Shown here: piece after piece, positions 50,380-62,005 of the stretch
How the letters are laid out: every line of letters starts with the position of its first letter
Numbering within the stretch: the stretch's first letter is position 1
Source: Macrostomum lignano
Taxonomy: Eukaryota
DNA: 64,000 nucleotides
Direction: 5' to 3'
Assembly: GCA_002269645.1 (NCBI GenBank)
Contig: NIVC01000343.1
Span: 39,755-103,754 of the forward strand
Program-made: the position numbers and the translations under genes
Notes under the pieces: generated by a model
What the model was told of the DNA's origin: nothing
The model's database searches: none
The model's input: the letters and a program-made list of their open reading frames with translations, nothing else

Positions 50380-53300
50380 TGACTGACTGACTGACTGACT
50401 GACTGACTGACTGACTGACTGACTGACTGACTGACTGACTGAAATCAAATCGGTATCGCGGCAGTGATGGAGCATAAGTGGATAAGAAAGCAGGAGACAT
50501 GCAGGGCTGGGCGGGGCCTGTGCATATCGCATATCAGAAGCGATATTTAATATCCTTAAAAATGGGCATTTAACATTGAAAGCCTCATCATTCGAAGGGG
50601 ACTGACTGTCACTGACACGCCTAGCACACTGAAAATGAGATGATTTCTTTTCGAAAGTAAAAAAGTACATTTCTGACAGCCGGATTGAAATGCAGGTGGG
50701 ACTGTGGCAGCCGTAGTGGAGAAAAAATGTGCGAAGTCTAAGATATAGGGATTAGGAAGCGCTGCAAAAGCGGGAAGGAATTTATCATAAAATCTATTAT
50801 TAAAGCAGGCAAAAAAGTCCAAAGCAGCTAAAATTCAAAATTGCTTTCCAATTTACACTATGCTTGATTCTGCACCATGTAAACGGTGGCACTTGCATAT
50901 CAGATTGGGGCATAGATTTGAGGGCACAGATATTGTGGCATAGACATTGTGGGCATAGACATTGTGGGCATAGACATTGTGGGCATAGACATTGTGGCAT
51001 ATACATTGTGGGCATAGACATTGTGGGCATAGACATTGTGGGCATAGACATTGTGGCATATACATTGTGGGCATAGACATTGTGGGTATAGACATTGTGG
51101 GCATAGACATTGTGGCATAGACATTGTGGGTATAGACATTGTGGGTATAGACATTGTGGGTATAGACATTGTGGGTATATACATTGTGGGCATAGACATT
51201 GTGGGCATAGACATTGTGGGTATAGACATTGTGGGTATAGACATTGTGGGCATAGACATTGTGGCATAGACATTGTGGGTATAGACATTGTGGGTATAGA
51301 CATTGTGGGTATAGACATTGTGGGTATAGACATTGTGGGCATAGACATTGTGGGTATAGACATTGTGGGCATAGACATTGTGGGCATAGACATTGTGGCA
51401 TAGACATTGTGGGTATAGACATTGTGGGTATAGACATTGTGGGTATAGACATTGTGGGTATATACATTGTGGGTATATACATTGTGGGCATAGACATTGT
51501 GGGCATAGACATTGTGGGCATAGACATTGTGGGCATAGACATTGTGGCATAGACATTGTGGGCATAGACATTGTGGGCATAGACATTGTGGGTATAGACA
51601 TTGTGGGTATAGACATTGTGGGCATAGACATTGTGGCATATACATTGTGGGCATAGACATTGTGGGCATAGACATTGTGGGCATAGACATTGTGGCATAT
51701 ACATTGTGGGCATAGACATTGTGGGTATAGACATTGTGGGCATAGACATTGTGGCATAGACATTGTGGGCATAGACATTGTGGGCATAGACATTGTGGGT
51801 ATAGACATTGTGGGTATAGACATTGTGGGCATAGACATTGTGGCATAGACATTGTGGGTATAGACATTGTGGGTATAGACATTGTGGGTATATACATTGT
51901 GGGCATAGACATTGTGGGCATAGACATTGTGGGCATAGACATTGTGGGCATAGACATTGTGGCATAGACATTGTGGGTATAGACATTGTGGGTATAGACA
52001 TTGTGGGTATAGACATTGTTAGCATAGACAGCACAAGCACCAAGAAATCCCAGCACCTTACCTGAGTCTGAATCTGGTTGATAAGCACTCGCATCTCGGT
52101 GTCCCGCTTGGTCTCATTAACATAAGTGGCCACATCGCACATAGCATCGTGAGCCTCTTTGAGCAGCTCCTTATCTTTGCCGCCTTCCTTTCGATCATAG
52201 TCCATGAGACTCCTCACCAACAGGTGGTATCTGGGAGGATTAGATAAACAGAGGGATATAGAGTGATAGGTTATCAAATTTCATCTGCGGTTATTGTTGA
52301 CTCCAATTCATGGGCAATTCATAAGCTGTTTGTGCCAGCCAACTTGTTGCCAAGCATTGATAATAAACAAAGGAGTTTGTCCTCGTACTTTTTAATCAGT
52401 GTTGTGGGTTTAAGACAAAAAAATACAAAAACCACGAAAACGATGGTGGGGATGGTCCTTTAGAATGTTTTATTTTTATGGTACACTGTGAACAGTCCTT
52501 TAGAATGGCACTTCAGAATGAGAATGATCCAAAGGGTGGTTTTCTCTTATGGTGCATCAGGAATAGTACTTTACAGTCCTTTATGATCCTTCAAATGGGA
52601 ATGGTCCAGTGTGGTTCTTCTCGAAGGTGCATCGGGATGGTCCTTCAGAATGATCCTTTGGGACGGTCCTTTGGGATGGTCCTTCAAAATGATCCTTTGG
52701 GATGGTCCTTCAGAATGATCCTTTGGGACGGTCCTTTGGGATGGTCCTTCAAAATGATCCTTTGGGATGGTCCTTCAGAATGGTCCTTCGGGAAGGTCCT
52801 TCAGAATAGTCCTTTGGTAAGGTCCTTCAGAATGGTCCTTTGGGATGGTCCTTTGGGATGGTCCTTTGGGATGGTCCTTTGGGATGGTCCTTCAGAATGG
52901 TCCTTTGGGATGTTCCTTTAGAATGGTCCTTTGGGATGGTCCATCAGAATGGTCCTTCTGGACGGTCCATCAGAATGGTCCTTTGGGAAGGTCCTTCAGA
53001 ATGGTCCTTTGGGATGGTCCTTCGGGACGGTCCTTTGGGATGGTCCTTCAGAATGGTTCTTCGGGACGGTCTATCAGAATGGTCCTTAGAGATGGTCCTT
53101 CAGAATGGTCCTTCGGGACGGTCTATCAGAATGGTCCTTAGAGATGGTCCTTCAGAATGGTCCTTCGGGACGGTCTATCAGAATGGTCCTTAGATATGGT
53201 CCTTCAGAATGGTCCTTCGGGACGGTCTATCAGAATGGTCCTTAGAGATGGTCCTTATGGTCCCCCGGTATAGTTCTTTGGTGTTATCTTTCTTGCATGG

Positions 53301-56300
53301 TCCTTCGGCATGGCGTATGGTCCTTCGGGATTGTTCTTTATGGTACATCGGGATGGTCTTTCAAGAGGTCGGGATAGTCCTTCGTTTGGGTTGGATCGAA
53401 CTTGGCTCTCCGAGCTGTCACAAAATGTCAAGCACAGACGGAGCTTCGGCACCTTTCAACACGCCACAGCGCAGTTCCCTCCCTCTCTTACCTGAGCACC
53501 CTTTGCATAGGCACGGCCAGATATTCGTTTAGTTTAAACTGCGCCTTAGCCGCAGTCAGATGCCGTTGAAGCTCTTCCTGACGCCTCTTGTCTGACCTGC
53601 AGGCGTCTTCCAGCAGAGAGATGGCCTCGGTCATGTGGGCGCAATAGTTTCCATAGAGCAGCAGCTGATTGTGATAGCTGATGAGCACAGCTGGCAGGGG
53701 CTTTGCCCCGCGTAGCTGGGTAGCAACCTCCAGTTCGCGGAGTAACTTCTTGTGCAAGCTGAGCAGCTCAGGCAAGTGCTCAAATATGGCGTCCACCTCC
53801 ACTGGGGTCCACGAGGACTGCGACTCCTGTAGGTTGGGATTTCAGGTGGATGGCTGAGGATAGTAGGAGTCACTTGAGGTTTGGGAATCCCAGTATGGTA
53901 TTCCAGTTATGGGGTTCCAGGTTATGGGATTCCAGGTATGGGATTCTAAGCATGGGATTACAGGTATGGGATTCTAGGTATGGGATTCTAAGCATGGGAT
54001 TACAGGGCATGGGGTTCTAAGCATGGGATTACAGGTTATAGGGTTCTATGTATGGGATTCTAAGCATGGGATTACAGGTATGGGATTCTAGGTATGGGAT
54101 TCTAAGCATGGGATTACAGGTATGGGATTCTAGGTATGGGATTCTAAGCATGGGATTACAGGTATGGGATTCTAGGTATGGGATTTTAAGCATTGGATTA
54201 CAGGGCATGGGTTTCTAAGCATGGGATTACAGGTTATGATATTCCAGGTATGGGATTTCAGGTATGGGATTCCAGGTATGGGATCCCAGGTATGGGATTC
54301 CAGGTATGGGATCCCAGGTATGGGATTCCAGGTATGGGATTCTAGGTTTGGAATTCCAGGCTATGGAATTAGGTATGGGATTTCAGGTATACAACAACAA
54401 CAACAGAATACGCAGTTAGCGTCACAGCGTCAGGTATAACATTTCAGATAGGTATGGGTCTATGGGATTATAGGTTTGGGATTTCAAGATAGGTTTGGGA
54501 TTCCAGGTTATGGGATTCCAGGGTATGGGATTCCAGTAAGTATGGGTTTTTAAGTATAAGAGATTCAAGTGTGAGATTTCCGGCGAATGACTGATTTCAG
54601 GTATGGGATTTTTTGCGACGGCTAATGCTCTTGGGAATTTAAGCTTCGGAATTTGGGATACGAGATTTTAGCCAAAATTTATCATGACTTTAGGGCTGGT
54701 GGGATTTAAGTGTGTATGCGTATGAATTGCTGAAAGTTCAGGCGCACTGACGTCAAGCAGTGGGGAATTTTGGTTGTTTAAGGCTATGGGAGAAAAAATG
54801 TTTTTTTAAAAACGCTAGCAAAATGTCAGCATATTAGTAACGAATGCTTACTAGCCAGAAATGCAGCGTAATACTTGAGCGTAAACCTATAAACTGGGCG
54901 TTGCAATTACTAGCATATAGTTTTTTTCAATACTAGATTATATGAAAATACTGAACCTGCTATCAAGTTTGGCTAGGCTGGCACGCGCTGAACGATCAAT
55001 GTTGTGTTGACACTCATATTGCAGCTCTTTTTTAGCGGCTGAATGGCCAACCCGTTTGTTTAATTAACCTGAGTGCGTCTCTGCTACAGTGCATCCAATC
55101 ACAGTGCTGATGGAGGTGGAATAGCCAACCAAAGGGCAGATTCCAGCTGGGAGCCTTGGCCAGTTTGTGGGGCAGATTCCAGCTGGGAGCCTTGGCCAGT
55201 TTGTGGGCAGATTCCAGCTGGGAGCATTGGCCAGTTTGTGGGGCAGATTCCAGCTGGGAGCATTGGCCAGTTTGTGGGGCAGATTCCAGCTGGGAGCATT
55301 GGCCAGTTTGTGGGGCAGATTTCAGCTGGGAGCATTGGCCAGTTTGTGGGGCAGATTCCAGCTGGGAGCATTGGCCAGTTTGTGGGGCAGATTCCAGCTG
55401 GGAGCATTGGCCAGTTTGTGGGGCAGATTCCAGCTGGGAGCATTCGGCAGTTTGTGGGGCAGATTCCAGCTGGGAGCATTCAGCAGTTTGTGGGGCAGAT
55501 TCCAGCTGGGAGCATGGGCAGTTTGTGGGGCAGATTCCAGCTGGGAGCATGGGCAGTTTGTGGGGCAGATTCCAGCTGGGAGCATTGGGCAGTTTGTGGG
55601 GCAGATTCCAGCTGGGAGCCTTGGCCAGTTTGTGGGGCAGATTCCAGCTGGGAGCATTGGCCAGTTTGTGGGGCAGATTCCAGCTGGGAGCATTCGGCAG
55701 TTTGTGGGGCAGATTCCAGCTGGGAGCATTCAGCAGTTTGTGGGGCAGATTCCAGCTGGGAGCATGGGCAGTTTGTGGGGCAGATTCCAGCTGGGAGCAT
55801 GGGCAGTTTGTGGGGCAGATTCCAGCTGGGAGCATTGGGCAGTTTGTGGGGCAGATTCCGGCTGGGAGCCTTGGCCAGTTTGTGGGGCAGATTCCAGCTT
55901 GGAGCATTGACAAAAAAACAAAATCATGAAAGCAGCCACAAGCCAGAGGCGGTAGAAATACAAAAACGCGGCTATTTTTAAAAAGCACAGCTGCAAGCCT
56001 TTGCAGGCTTAGTAAAAACATCGAATTTCACCCGACCGAGGCCGGGTGTTTCAGAACCCCGCCCCCCTTTAATCTGGCACTGTATGCTATACATATAGCT
56101 AAGCAATACTGGCTCTGAACTCCCAGATGAGAATATCGAAATCCCATGTAGGCAAGTGAGAAAAATATGGAAAAAAACGGCACTCACGCGCACGCGAAAC
56201 GGCCGCAATCGAGAGAGAGCCGATTTTGTTAATCCCCTCGATCCCAGTCCCCGCCACTCCCTCACCGTCCCTCCTAGTGCAACAACATAGCCGAGCACAC

Positions 56301-58579
56301 ATAGTGGTCATTAATCATTTTGTCCAGAAAAACACCGTCTCAGCTGGATTGTTCGACGCGTGTTTTAATAATTACTTTACTTTATTAAATTTACAGTTTT
56401 TTGTTTCATAAAAATGCATTAGTTGTTCTATCATTGATTTGAAGACTTGTAGCTTAGTTGTCAGAGCGTCGGGATTCACGACTGAAAGGTCGGGGGTTCG
56501 CTTCCCAATCCCACTCGGAACAATTTGTGTCCTTAAGCAAGACACTTAACTCTGCATTGATTCAGTTCAACCAGTTGTAAAATTGGTGCCAGCATTAGCT
56601 GGGGTAATTGAGGGTCCTTGAACTGAACAGCCGTACGCAGCTTCAGATGCGCCGCGCAATAGCTGCGGCTGAGCTGTCGGTTGCAGGTGTAACCACTCTG
56701 AAAACCCAAAAGACCATCAGGCGCAGGGTCTCACCTTCATAGGTCGCATAATATCTTCAACCAACAGTCGCAGAGTTTCAACATAGGTCCGCTCAGTGGT
56801 CACCAGCTCTTCCATACAGATCTCCTTAGCTGATCGTTTGGCGCCAGCATCCTCAGCATTGCCGCTGACTAGAGTCTTGTTCATGATGGTCTCGTAGACT
56901 CGCTCAGCCGCGGCGTCAACATAATTGCTGCCAACAGGCTGATCGGCGGCCGTGGGGACAGCCAGATGCTGCCGCTGCTGGCTTTTCTTAGCGGTGGCCG
57001 TGGCCATCAGGTTGCAATAATCCGAGGATAAGTCCGTCACAGCGGCGGCGTCATTGCCGTTGCTACTAGTAGCAACCGTGAAGCCTTCAATGCCGCTCTG
57101 CTTAGCTCTGGGACTGTTAGACAGCAGCGACAGGGTGCGAATGATTCTGCCAACGTTCTCTTGGCTGAGCAGGTCGTCAGGTGAGAACAAGTCAGCTGGG
57201 GACAGGCCGAACTCTGTCTGACAAGCCGATAGGAACAGGTTGAGGTTCCGGCGGAAGGCGAATTGAGAATTCAGCGTGGCCAGCTTGAAGCCGGGCAGCT
57301 GCTCCGGGGTCACCTGCGGGGGAGTGGGATTTGGGATACTTGGGATAGGTACAGGTCCAGGTAAGGGATTCCAGGTATGGGATTCTAGGTATGGGATTCA
57401 AAGTATTGGATTCCAGGTACAGGATTTTAAGTATGGGATTCTAGGTATGGGACGTTAGGGAATGGGATTCCAGGTATGGGATTCTAGGTATGGGACGTTA
57501 GGGAATGGGATTCCAGGTATGGGATTCAAAGTATTGGATTCCAGGTACAGGATTTTAAGTATGGGATTCTAGGTATGGGACGTTAGGGAATGGGATTCCA
57601 GGTATGGGATTCTAGGTATGGGACGTTAGGGAATGGGATTCCAGGTATGGGATTCTAGGTATGGGACGTTAGGGAATGGGATTCCAGGTATGGGATTTTA
57701 GATATGGGATTCCAGGAAATGGAATTCTAAGTATGGGATTCCAGGAAATGGGATTCTAGATATGGGATTTCAGGGAATGGGATTCCAGGTATTGGATTCT
57801 AGGCATGGGATTCCAGGGAATGGAATTCTAAGTATGGGATTCCAGGAAATGGGATTCTAGATATGGGATTTCAGGGAATGGGATTCCAGGTATTGGATTC
57901 TAGGCATGGGATTCCAGGGAATGGAATTCTAAGTATGGGATTCCAGGAAATGGGATTCTAGATATGGGATTTCAGGGAATGGGATTCCAGGTATTGGATT
58001 CTAGGTATGGGATTCCAGGGAATGGAATTCTAAGTATGGGATTCCAGGAAATGGGATTCCAGATATGGGATTTCAGGGAATGGGATTCCAGGTATTGGAT
58101 TCTAGGTATGAGATTCCAGGGAATGGAATTCTAGGTATGGGATTCCAGGGAATGGAATTTTGAGAATGGGATTTTAAGTATGGGATTCAGGTACGGGCCG
58201 CTGCTGCGAGGATTAGAATGAGATAATTAGGATAATGAAGCCTGCTTATTAATAAAATTAAAAGCCACTGCACTTCTATTAATTTAGATTTAAAGGTTAA
58301 TTTTATAACTAAATTATCGCCCACCTGCTGGGAGCTGATCGCAGGCAGAATATGACACAGCAGCACACCGTCGGTCAGGCAGTTCAGCAGGTCAACCACC
58401 GTGGCACCTGGCGTATCAACCAGCACGGACTGAGCTTGGGCGAGTATATCCGGGCAGGAGGCCAGACAGCGGAGCAACCAGTCGGCGCACATTCGCCATT
58501 CGGCATCGGCGCCGCCGAACTTGTCAACGGCTGGCATCATGGCTGCGGACTGGGGCTGGCTGGGCAGCTCTGCAATCAT
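43565..58579 (-). CDS. VAV: Vav family Rho/Rac GEF (CH-acidic-DH-PH-C1-SH2-SH3). Exons 58579-58325, 57313-56735, 53826-53492, 52230-52062, 47138-46427, 45276-44796, 43874-43565 (946 aa)
   Basis: CH (EWRMCADWL, LTDGVLLCHIL, FAFRRNLNLFL), three acidic-region Tyr (DYCNL, NYVD, VYETI), DH (EELVTTERTYV; LAVPMQRVLR|YHLL; ATYVNETKRD), PH, C1, SH2 (GTYLVRES, VKHMRV), one C-terminal SH3 (VGLFP). All junctions GT-AG, total 2841 nt. Confidence 0.95.
44026..44730. repeat. 30-bp minisatellite (GAGATGCCTGGAGTCCCCGTTCCCTAATTA)
   Basis: Vav intron 6. Confidence 0.95.
45440..46200. repeat. 30-bp minisatellite (GAGATGCCTGGAATCCCTGTTACCCGATGA), same family as 44026-44730
   Basis: Vav intron 5; nearly perfect units from 45630. 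Confidence 0.95.
47289..47869. mobile_element. Candidate MITE (581 bp) with 29-bp imperfect terminal inverted repeats and an internal 108-bp tandem duplication
   Basis: Left end CATGGACTTCTCTAGCTAGCATCTGGACT; right end reverse complement CATGGACTTCTCCAGTTAGCATCTGGACT (27/29). Duplication starts at 47627 and 47735. No clear TSD. Confidence 0.65.
48330..48690. repeat. Degenerate 16-18-bp repeat (TGACACTGCGCGCTTA)
   Basis: Vav intron 4. Confidence 0.85.
49060..50440. repeat. (GACT)n microsatellite with a recurring interrupting cassette
   Basis: Vav intron 4; cassette TTAC(TGAC)4TTGAGTGATTGGGT recurs eight times. Confidence 0.97.
50930..52020. repeat. 15-bp minisatellite (GACATTGTGGGCATA) with periodic 13-bp variants
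   Basis: Vav intron 4, adjacent to donor 52061. Confidence 0.96.
52620..53260. repeat. 13-bp repeat (GGTCCTTCAGAAT / GGTCCTTTGGGAT)
   Basis: Vav intron 3. Confidence 0.92.
53880..54520. repeat. ~15-bp repeat (GGGATTCCAGGTAT family)
   Basis: Vav intron 2; same family as 57330-58190. Confidence 0.9.
55130..55910. repeat. 36-bp minisatellite (GGGCAGATTCCAGCTGGGAGCATTGGCCAGTTTGTG)
   Basis: Period 36 with 35-bp variants; Vav intron 2. Confidence 0.95.
56447..56685 (+). mobile_element. tRNA-derived CORE-like SINE, copy 3 (small internal deletion)
   Basis: TTGTAGCTTAGTTGTCAGAGCGTCGG...GGGGTTCG...GTGTCCTTAAGCAAGACACTTAAC...; the reverse complement of copies 1 and 2; ends ~50 bp from the Vav exon 2 donor. 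Confidence 0.85.
57330..58190. repeat. ~15-bp repeat (GGGATTCCAGGTAT/GGGATTCTAGGTAT family)
   Basis: Fills Vav intron 1. Confidence 0.92.
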
Positions 58580-58599
58580 TCATTCATTTTTATTTATCT

Positions 58600-58915
58600 G
58601 ATGCTTCAGTGGCTGCTGACACCCCCCTGATCTGATGCTTCAGTGGCTGCTGACATCCCCTGATCTGATGCTTCAGTGGCTGCTGACATCCCCCTGATCT
58701 GATGCTTCAGTGGCTGCTGACATCCCCTGATCTGATGCTTCAGTGGCTGCTGACATCCCCCCGATCTGATGCTTCAGTGGCTGCTGACATCCCCCTGATC
58801 TGATGCTTCAGTGGCTGCTGACATCCCCTAATCTAATGCTGACATCCCCTGATCAAATGCTTCAGTGGCTACTGACATCCTTTAATCTGATGCTGCCATC
58901 CCCTGATCTGATGCT
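58600..58915. repeat. 33-34-bp minisatellite (CTGATCTGATGCTTCAGTGGCTGCTGACATCCCC)
   Basis: Ends about 20 bp upstream of the Vav ATG. Confidence 0.93.
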
Positions 58916-60120
58916 TAGGCTCCAGCTGAAGATTGAAGTTGGCTTGTCCTCAGACCGTGGGTATGACAGCACAAAATTGCCCTAGATTGCCTATCTAATA
59001 CTAATAATACTAAAGGCTACACGCGACTTAACAATACCAATTCGAAAGAGAACATTGCAATGCAAATAATCATGTCCCCCCAAACTTACACAAAAGACGA
59101 TAAGCAACCGTATTTTAACTATACCAAAAAATAGTCCTTATATATTGTTTTTCGGATCGAAAAGAGCGAAATAGGTAGAAAAAAAGGGAGATCTGGAAAA
59201 AACAGGCCAGCGCAAAGGCAGAGTTGGGAAAGCAGCAGCGAGCGAGTGCAGCGCGCATTTTAACTATCGGTTATCAACGGGCAAGGGAAGGAAGGGAGGG
59301 AGAGGAGCCGCCTCTCTCTCTCTCTCTCCACCGATTCCCCTGCGCCTGGGCAACCATTCAGTTTTCAACGATGCGAGATTTGATAGAGGCGTCCGTTGGG
59401 CAAAGCTGGGGATACAATAATGGCAGAGGGCGAGATTGAGGGCAATGGAAGTGGGCTTAGGCAGCAGCTTAGGCCAGATGAAAGTGGAATTGGCAAAGAG
59501 AGAGAGAGAGAGGCCAGATAAGGGCAATGCAGTTGCGGCAGGAATGAGAAAAATTCTAATTTATTTCAATTAAACCTCGATATTAATACTAGCTAGTGAA
59601 CACGGAACCAACAAAAAGCGATAGTTGAAAAAAAGAAGCACACATTAGTCTAGGTAGGAGCAGCCTGTTTAAACCTGTCTTCTTGACTTTCGATAACTCG
59701 CCCCTACCAGACTGTAAGTACAGAAACAGCGGGAGAGGGCAGCAATCATGGCAGCAACAAGAAGGGGAGAAAAGAGCCACCTAAGGAAAGGTATCCCCAC
59801 TTGACCGGAACTTGGAACGCTAATGATGGCAAAGCCCCGAGGCGGATATGGCCGAAACAGGAAGCCTCTTATCTCTATCTAGCACGGCGGCACCGATATT
59901 ATTATAATATAGATAGATACGGAAGATGCAGTCATATGGAAATTAGCGCATGTAATGATTATTTACTATGGCTAACCAGAAAATGCCAAATGGCCGATAC
60001 GGTATGTGTAACACTGCTATCTAAAATGCTCTCTCTCTACCCACCTACCCTTCTATATACCTAACCTAATTACCTTACTACACTAGTGATTGAAATAAGC
60101 AAGCCAGAAGGCGACACCGT

Positions 60121-60151
<31 letters not shown>

Positions 60152-60295
60152 GTACGAGAACAAGAAAACATGAGACGCGTGTGAGAGAAGAACAAATCAT
60201 AATTGTGCTGTGCGAAATAGTTGTTTCTTACCTGTGTGTGTGCAATAGTTTCTTAGATTTATTACTTTCAACAAACCAAAAAACACACAAATATA

Positions 60296-60615
60296 CGAGG
60301 GCTGTTGCAACAGTTTGTGTTGACTGTTAGCGACAACAATTGTCAAAACGAGCTAAAATTTTAGTCAAAACTCCTTGCACATCTGCTGAATGGTAAAACA
60401 GAAACCCATGGGTTTTATCAAAAAAATTGGAAATTTAAATTATCACTCATTATGATCGTCACTCTTGCCGTTGGCTCTCCTTTGATTTCATAAGTCGGAA
60501 GGATTTTTTCTATCATTTTTTTTAGCTATCACGTTGATATTCAATCCGCAAGTTGTCTATGGCAAATGCTTTCAAATACTTTTATAAACCAATTGTCGCT
60601 TATCAACACCCCTCG
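60296..60615. mobile_element. Non-autonomous Tc1/mariner-like element (320 bp)
   Basis: TA|CGAGGGCTGTTG ... CAACACCCCTCG|TA: 12-bp TIR (11/12) with TA on both flanks; CGAGGG termini are typical of mariners. Confidence 0.7.
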
Positions 60616-61264
60616 TATGTAAAAATAGGCATCAAAATAATAAACTTGGTCTCAGAGGTTTGAGCTCTGCACTTCTGAATAACCACTGTTGAACGCGTAA
60701 TTGAAGATTTTAGCACAAACGGAAAACTTACGCAGAGTTAGTTGGTTTGATTAATTTTTTGTTAAAAAGACAACAATACAATAACTTAAATATGATTTTA
60801 AGGGATTAATTAGTGCAGACATTTAGAACACAGAGAGCAGAAAGACGCACAGTCAGGACAGCAATAATATTAAATATAATAAGTATACCTGGATAACATA
60901 GCAATGCAAAACTCGGTTCCATTCGGTTTATATCGGCCACCGGAGTGCTGAATATATGCTTATATACTACTATATACTACTGACAAACTGACAGACACAA
61001 ATATAAAACATAGTCGATCTCTACCAAAAATTCCTAGCTACTCTTAGTTGGGTTAGTAGTATCAGGGTCAATTCAGGTCACGCATTCCGTGATTGTATGA
61101 ACTAAAAAGACAAAAGACATCCAGTTATACGAAACGATTTGCAGGATAATAAGACAGAAACAAACAGACCGATATGATTTTTGTAGAGCTTTGTCAGAAA
61201 CAAAGGAATGAAAAAAGGGCGGGGGAGAGCTACACAAGCTGATCAAGTTAGTTTATTGGTTATT

Positions 61265-61860
61265 AATGTAAACTATTCTGTTGCTAGGCAGCTTGGACTC
61301 GCCTAATCTATGAAGCCTTGTTATCTGCTAATACAATAACCGTTACCAACGTAAACTTCCCCGTTGCTAGGCGGCTTGATGTCTAAGGAAATCTCTTATC
61401 TGAGGATAGAATAGCCGTTACCAAGGTAAACTTCCCCGTTGCTAGGCGGCTTGATGTCTAAGGAAATCGATTATCTGAGAATAGAATAACCGTTACCAAA
61501 GTAAACTTCCCCGTTGCTAGGCGGCTTGATGTCTAAGGAAATCGATTATCTGAGAATAGAATAACCGTTACCAAGGTAAACTTCCCCGTTGCTAGGCGGC
61601 TTAATGTCTAAGGAAATCGATTATCTGAGAATAGAATAACCGTTACCAAAGTAAACTTCCCAGTTGCTAGGCGGCTTGATGTCTAAGGAAATCTCTTATC
61701 TGAGGACAGAATAGCCGTTACCAAAGTAAACTTCCCCGTTGCTAGGCGGCTTGATGTCTAAGGAAATCTCTTATCTGAGGACAGAATAGCCGTTACCAAA
61801 GTAAACTTCCCCGTTGCTAGGCGGCTTGATGTCATCCAAACCTTGTAAGCCGTTACTAAG
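61265..61860. repeat. 75-bp tandem repeat, about 7.5 copies
   Basis: GCTAGGCGGC recurs at 61366, 61441, 61516, 61591, 61666, 61741 and 61816. Confidence 0.95.
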
Positions 61861-62005
61861 GTTAATTGACGTGAGTATAAAGAGGACAGATGCGACGAGT
61901 TAAAACAAAAAAGTACAGCTTGATTACGGCGCAAAACTAAAAAAACTAAACTTAAGCTTTCAGCTGCTAGTAATAAAAAAATGTCGAATTTCAGGCAACC
62001 AAAGC

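Noticed and set aside
49976-52277. SQSV, PQCL, HNVY and similar ORFs
   Set aside because: Micro- and minisatellite translations in Vav intron 4; only 52230-52062 is exon.
55032-56021. Overlapping 250-330-aa ORFs
   Set aside because: 36-bp array in Vav intron 2, open on both strands.
59818-59875. CTAATGA...GCCGAAAC hammerhead-like string
   Set aside because: Core G5 is altered, the stem II closing pair is mismatched and no stem I partner exists.
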